Source: Marinicella sp.
Lineage (GTDB): Bacteria > Pseudomonadota > Gammaproteobacteria > Xanthomonadales > Marinicellaceae
Direction of reading: 5' to 3'
Assembly: GCA_965230295.1 (NCBI GenBank)
Contig: OZ246001.1
Span: 1,984,001 to 2,048,000, forward strand
DNA: 64,000 nt
Shown here: in pieces, positions 61,312-64,000 of the stretch
Position numbering within the stretch: position 1 is the stretch's first letter
Layout of the letters: each line of letters opens with the position of its first letter
The notes under the pieces: generated by a model
The model's database searches: none
What the model was told of the DNA's origin: nothing
Seen by the model: only the letters and a program-made list of their open reading frames with translations
Position numbers and translations under genes: made by a program

Positions 61312-61986
61312 TTATTTAGCCAATAACAATTCTAAGCGACGACCGATGCGTTCTGCCTGGTCAGCCACGTCACCGACCATATCAATCAGCTTGTATAAAA
61401 ACATCACCTCTACAGGAGGTAAATCGTTTTCCATGCCATATACTTTGCCTTGAATGTCCGATTGCATGTTGTCGGTATCGGTTTCGATTTTGTCCAGTTT
61501 AGCAATCAGTTTTTCGACCACTTTAACTTCGGCACCACGAAATCCGGTTTCATACAATTCATCCAGCTCATTAACACTTTGCTTGGCTTTTTTAGCGGCA
61601 TCAACACAGCGATCAACAAAAGTGATGAAATCTTCATAGAGGGCAGCGGGTACTTGCAAACGACGGAGTCGAATCATTCCGGCAACTTGTTTACTGATGT
61701 TGGCCACTTTATCCTGAACCAAAACCAGTTCTAACAAATCTTGTCTGGGAACAGGCATGAATAGGCTTTTCGGTAAATTGGAACGTATGTCATTTTTCAA
61801 GTCATCGGCTTCATTTTCGAGTTGTCTGACTTGTTCAGTGATTTCATCCACTTTAACCCAATCATTCAAATTGGCTGCTTTGAAAATTTCAGGCAACAAA
61901 GCCGCAGCATCATACGCTTTCTTGATGTGTGCTTGTAGGGGCTCAACAGGTGACCTGCCCAGCATGTCGGTGATAAAACTTCCCAT
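61312..61986 (-). CDS. DUF47 / TIGR00153-like phosphate transport regulator
   Basis: E.EAD..K..IR..LP..LF.PV.R motif; co-operonic with pit. Confidence 0.9.
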   Translation of the reverse strand: MGSFITDMLGRSPVEPLQAHIKKAYDAAALLPEIFKAANLNDWVKVDEITEQVRQLENEADDLKNDIRSNLPKSLFMPVPRQDLLELVLVQDKVANISKQVAGMIRLRRLQVPAALYEDFITFVDRCVDAAKKAKQSVNELDELYETGFRGAEVKVVEKLIAKLDKIETDTDNMQSDIQGKVYGMENDLPPVEVMFLYKLIDMVGDVADQAERIGRRLELLLAK

Positions 61987-62057
61987 GATTCTTCCGCTAT
62001 TTTAATGGCCACCATTATACCCACCCTAACTGTGGTTGCTAAGTAAAAAACACGCGA

Positions 62058-62086
62058 CTGTCATCAAAACTTCACACAAATGACAT
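62058..62086 (+). promoter_or_regulatory. Putative Pho box (three 11-bp units)
   Basis: CTGTCAT-CAAA / ACTTCAC-ACAA / ATGACAT-AAAT upstream of the olsF-like gene. Confidence 0.6.
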
Positions 62087-62135
62087 AAATCAGAAAGTTC
62101 TGGTTTATATGATGAGCTTTTACCTCCGGATTCTG

Positions 62136-63857
62136 ATGATTGATCTGCAACAAAGCCTCAAAACACACTACCCTCAATTGGCCCCTAAAGTGATGAAATT
62201 CGAAAAAGTGTTCAAGTTGTTGGATAAACTTTTACACACCGAAGAAATCAACGCTTTTATCCAAAGTAATCAACATTTAACCCGATTCGCTTTTCTGGAT
62301 GCGATTCTTAAAGAATTTGATTTTGGATATAAAGTTTCGAATAAAAATTTGATCAAAATTCCTGCCCAGGGAAAAGTGGTGATTGTGGCCAATCACCCCA
62401 TTGGGTCTTTGGATGGTCTGGCTTTGATGCGCATGATTTATGACATCAGACCAGATGTGAAAATTGTTGCCACACCGTTGTTATCTAGCATAGAACCCAT
62501 TAAAGATTTGTTTTTACCCATTGATAACATCAGCCAAAAAGTGCAACACAAGCAAAACATCAAGAACATCAATCAGGCACTGGAACAGGAACAAGCAGTG
62601 ATTATTTTTCCGGCTGGTGAAGTTTCTCGCATCACCCCCAAAGGGGTCAAAGATGGTCAATGGAAATCGGGTTTTGTTAAGCTGGCAAATAACAACATGG
62701 CACCCATCTTACCGGTGTATGTGGACTCCAGAAATTCAGCGCTGTTTTATGCCGCCTCCATGTTTTATAAACCATTGAGTACATTGCTGTTGATCAATGA
62801 GATGTATAAACAAAAGAGCAACACCATTGAGTTCATCATTGGCGATCCCGTTGAGCCAAACAACTGGCAATCACTGGGTCTTAAACCCAAGCAATTGGCA
62901 AAAAAATTCAGGAAACATTTATTTGGCTTACCCAAACGGAAAAGCCAATTCAGTACCACACCCACCATCGCCCATCCGATCAAAACCAGGCGCTTATTGA
63001 ATGAAATCAAAGCCCTGAACCCCATAGGCGAAACCAAAGATGGTATGCGCATCTTCTTAATGGATTATCAGTCAGATTCTTTGTTGATGCAGGAGATTGG
63101 GCGGTTGCGGGAATTGTCATTCAGGATGGTTAAAGAAGGCACGGGTCAACGACGCGATCTCGATGCTTATGATGTTTATTACCGGCATTTGTTGTTGTGG
63201 AATGACAAAGAAATGGAATTGGTGGGTGCCTATAGATTGGGCTTTTGTGGTGACATCATCAAAGAACAAGGCACATCAGGAATCTATAGCTCAACTTTAT
63301 ACCAATTTGATGATTCGATCATCGGCAAAGCCGATCAATGTTTGGAATTGGGCCGCAGTTTTGTGCAGCCTAAATATTGGGGGCTGAGGGGGTTGGAATA
63401 TCTATGGTATGGTATTGGCGCGGTACTTAACGAACACCCAAGAATCAAATATTTGTTTGGTGCGGTTTCAATTCCTGGTAACTATCCTGACGAGGTTTTA
63501 CAGAAATTGACTTGTCACTATTCCCAGTTCTATCCCAAACCAGATTCAGCACCTGATGCACAGGCTTATCATCCATTTGTGTCAGCGAACTCCGCTTCTT
63601 CCTTGGCATTGAAACCTGCCACGAAATTACTGATGAAAGATTTGAAAGAAGCGGGTGTTAAATTACCGGTGTTGTTTAAACAATACACCGATTTGTGTGA
63701 ACCCGGTGGTGTTGGGTTCATTAATTTTGCAGTAGACCCTGATTTCAGTGGGTGTGTGGATGGGTTAATTTGGTTGGAACTGGAGCAGATGAAAGCCAGC
63801 AAGCGTGCAAAATACATTGGGCATCATACAGCACCAATCATGGATCAATCGGCTTGA
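62136..63857 (+). CDS. olsF: Bifunctional acyltransferase (PlsC-type O-acyl + GNAT N-acyl), OlsF-like ornithine lipid synthase
   Basis: NHPIGSLDG and FPAGEVS, then EIGRLRE..FR...EG and ELGRSFV motifs; start uncertain (62109-62136). Confidence 0.8.
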   Translation: MIDLQQSLKTHYPQLAPKVMKFEKVFKLLDKLLHTEEINAFIQSNQHLTRFAFLDAILKEFDFGYKVSNKNLIKIPAQGKVVIVANHPIGSLDGLALMRMIYDIRPDVKIVATPLLSSIEPIKDLFLPIDNISQKVQHKQNIKNINQALEQEQAVIIFPAGEVSRITPKGVKDGQWKSGFVKLANNNMAPILPVYVDSRNSALFYAASMFYKPLSTLLLINEMYKQKSNTIEFIIGDPVEPNNWQSLGLKPKQLAKKFRKHLFGLPKRKSQFSTTPTIAHPIKTRRLLNEIKALNPIGETKDGMRIFLMDYQSDSLLMQEIGRLRELSFRMVKEGTGQRRDLDAYDVYYRHLLLWNDKEMELVGAYRLGFCGDIIKEQGTSGIYSSTLYQFDDSIIGKADQCLELGRSFVQPKYWGLRGLEYLWYGIGAVLNEHPRIKYLFGAVSIPGNYPDEVLQKLTCHYSQFYPKPDSAPDAQAYHPFVSANSASSLALKPATKLLMKDLKEAGVKLPVLFKQYTDLCEPGGVGFINFAVDPDFSGCVDGLIWLELEQMKASKRAKYIGHHTAPIMDQSA

Positions 63858-63875
63858 TGTTGTTCATGGTTGTGT

Positions 63876-63998
63876 TTAAATTCTGTCTCCACAAAAAAAG
63901 TCGACTTCAATGTCTTGTTTTTGCAGCGCTTTGGCCATGACTCGGGCACGGGTGATGTGGCCATTTCCAGTCGCTTGCACCCCGTATAGGATTTTCAA
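63876..63998 (-). pseudogene. Truncated N-terminus of an MJ1255/VC2487-like glycosyltransferase
   Basis: LKILYGVQATGNGHITRARVMAKALQKQDIEVDFFCGDRI*. It stops after 40 residues and runs into the 3' end of olsF. Confidence 0.7.
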
Positions 63999-64000
63999 GA

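Overview
A 64 kb chromosomal window from what looks like a marine gammaproteobacterium. Gene content and the recurring C-terminal D-x-I-F-x-D-x-F-E tail suggest a Marinicella-like lineage, but this is inference only. Housekeeping genes are glmU-glmS, pdxB, nadA-nadB, lexA, a cold-shock protein, pip and pit/DUF47. Accessory genes include secreted enzymes, two TPR Ser/Thr kinases (one paired with an ECF sigma), a GT-C/YfhO/GT2 glycosylation cluster, ABC and MATE exporters, phoX and an olsF-like fusion. I found no rRNA, tRNA, CRISPR array, transposase or integrase. Main unexplained signals: (1) a family of modular, nested intergenic hairpin elements (5 copies, 195-632 bp), including a 37-49 bp mini-element that sits at G^GATG without target duplication in three different hosts; (2) a guanidine-II (mini-ykkC) riboswitch in front of a coupled SMR + unknown secreted His-rich protein + glutamine amidotransferase operon; (3) three unrelated secreted proteins sharing a C-terminal DxIFxDxFE tail; (4) an alphaproteobacterial-type GAAC-N7-GAAC box at lexA; (5) gene-end scars, candidate structured RNAs and a small RHH gene missing from the ORF track.
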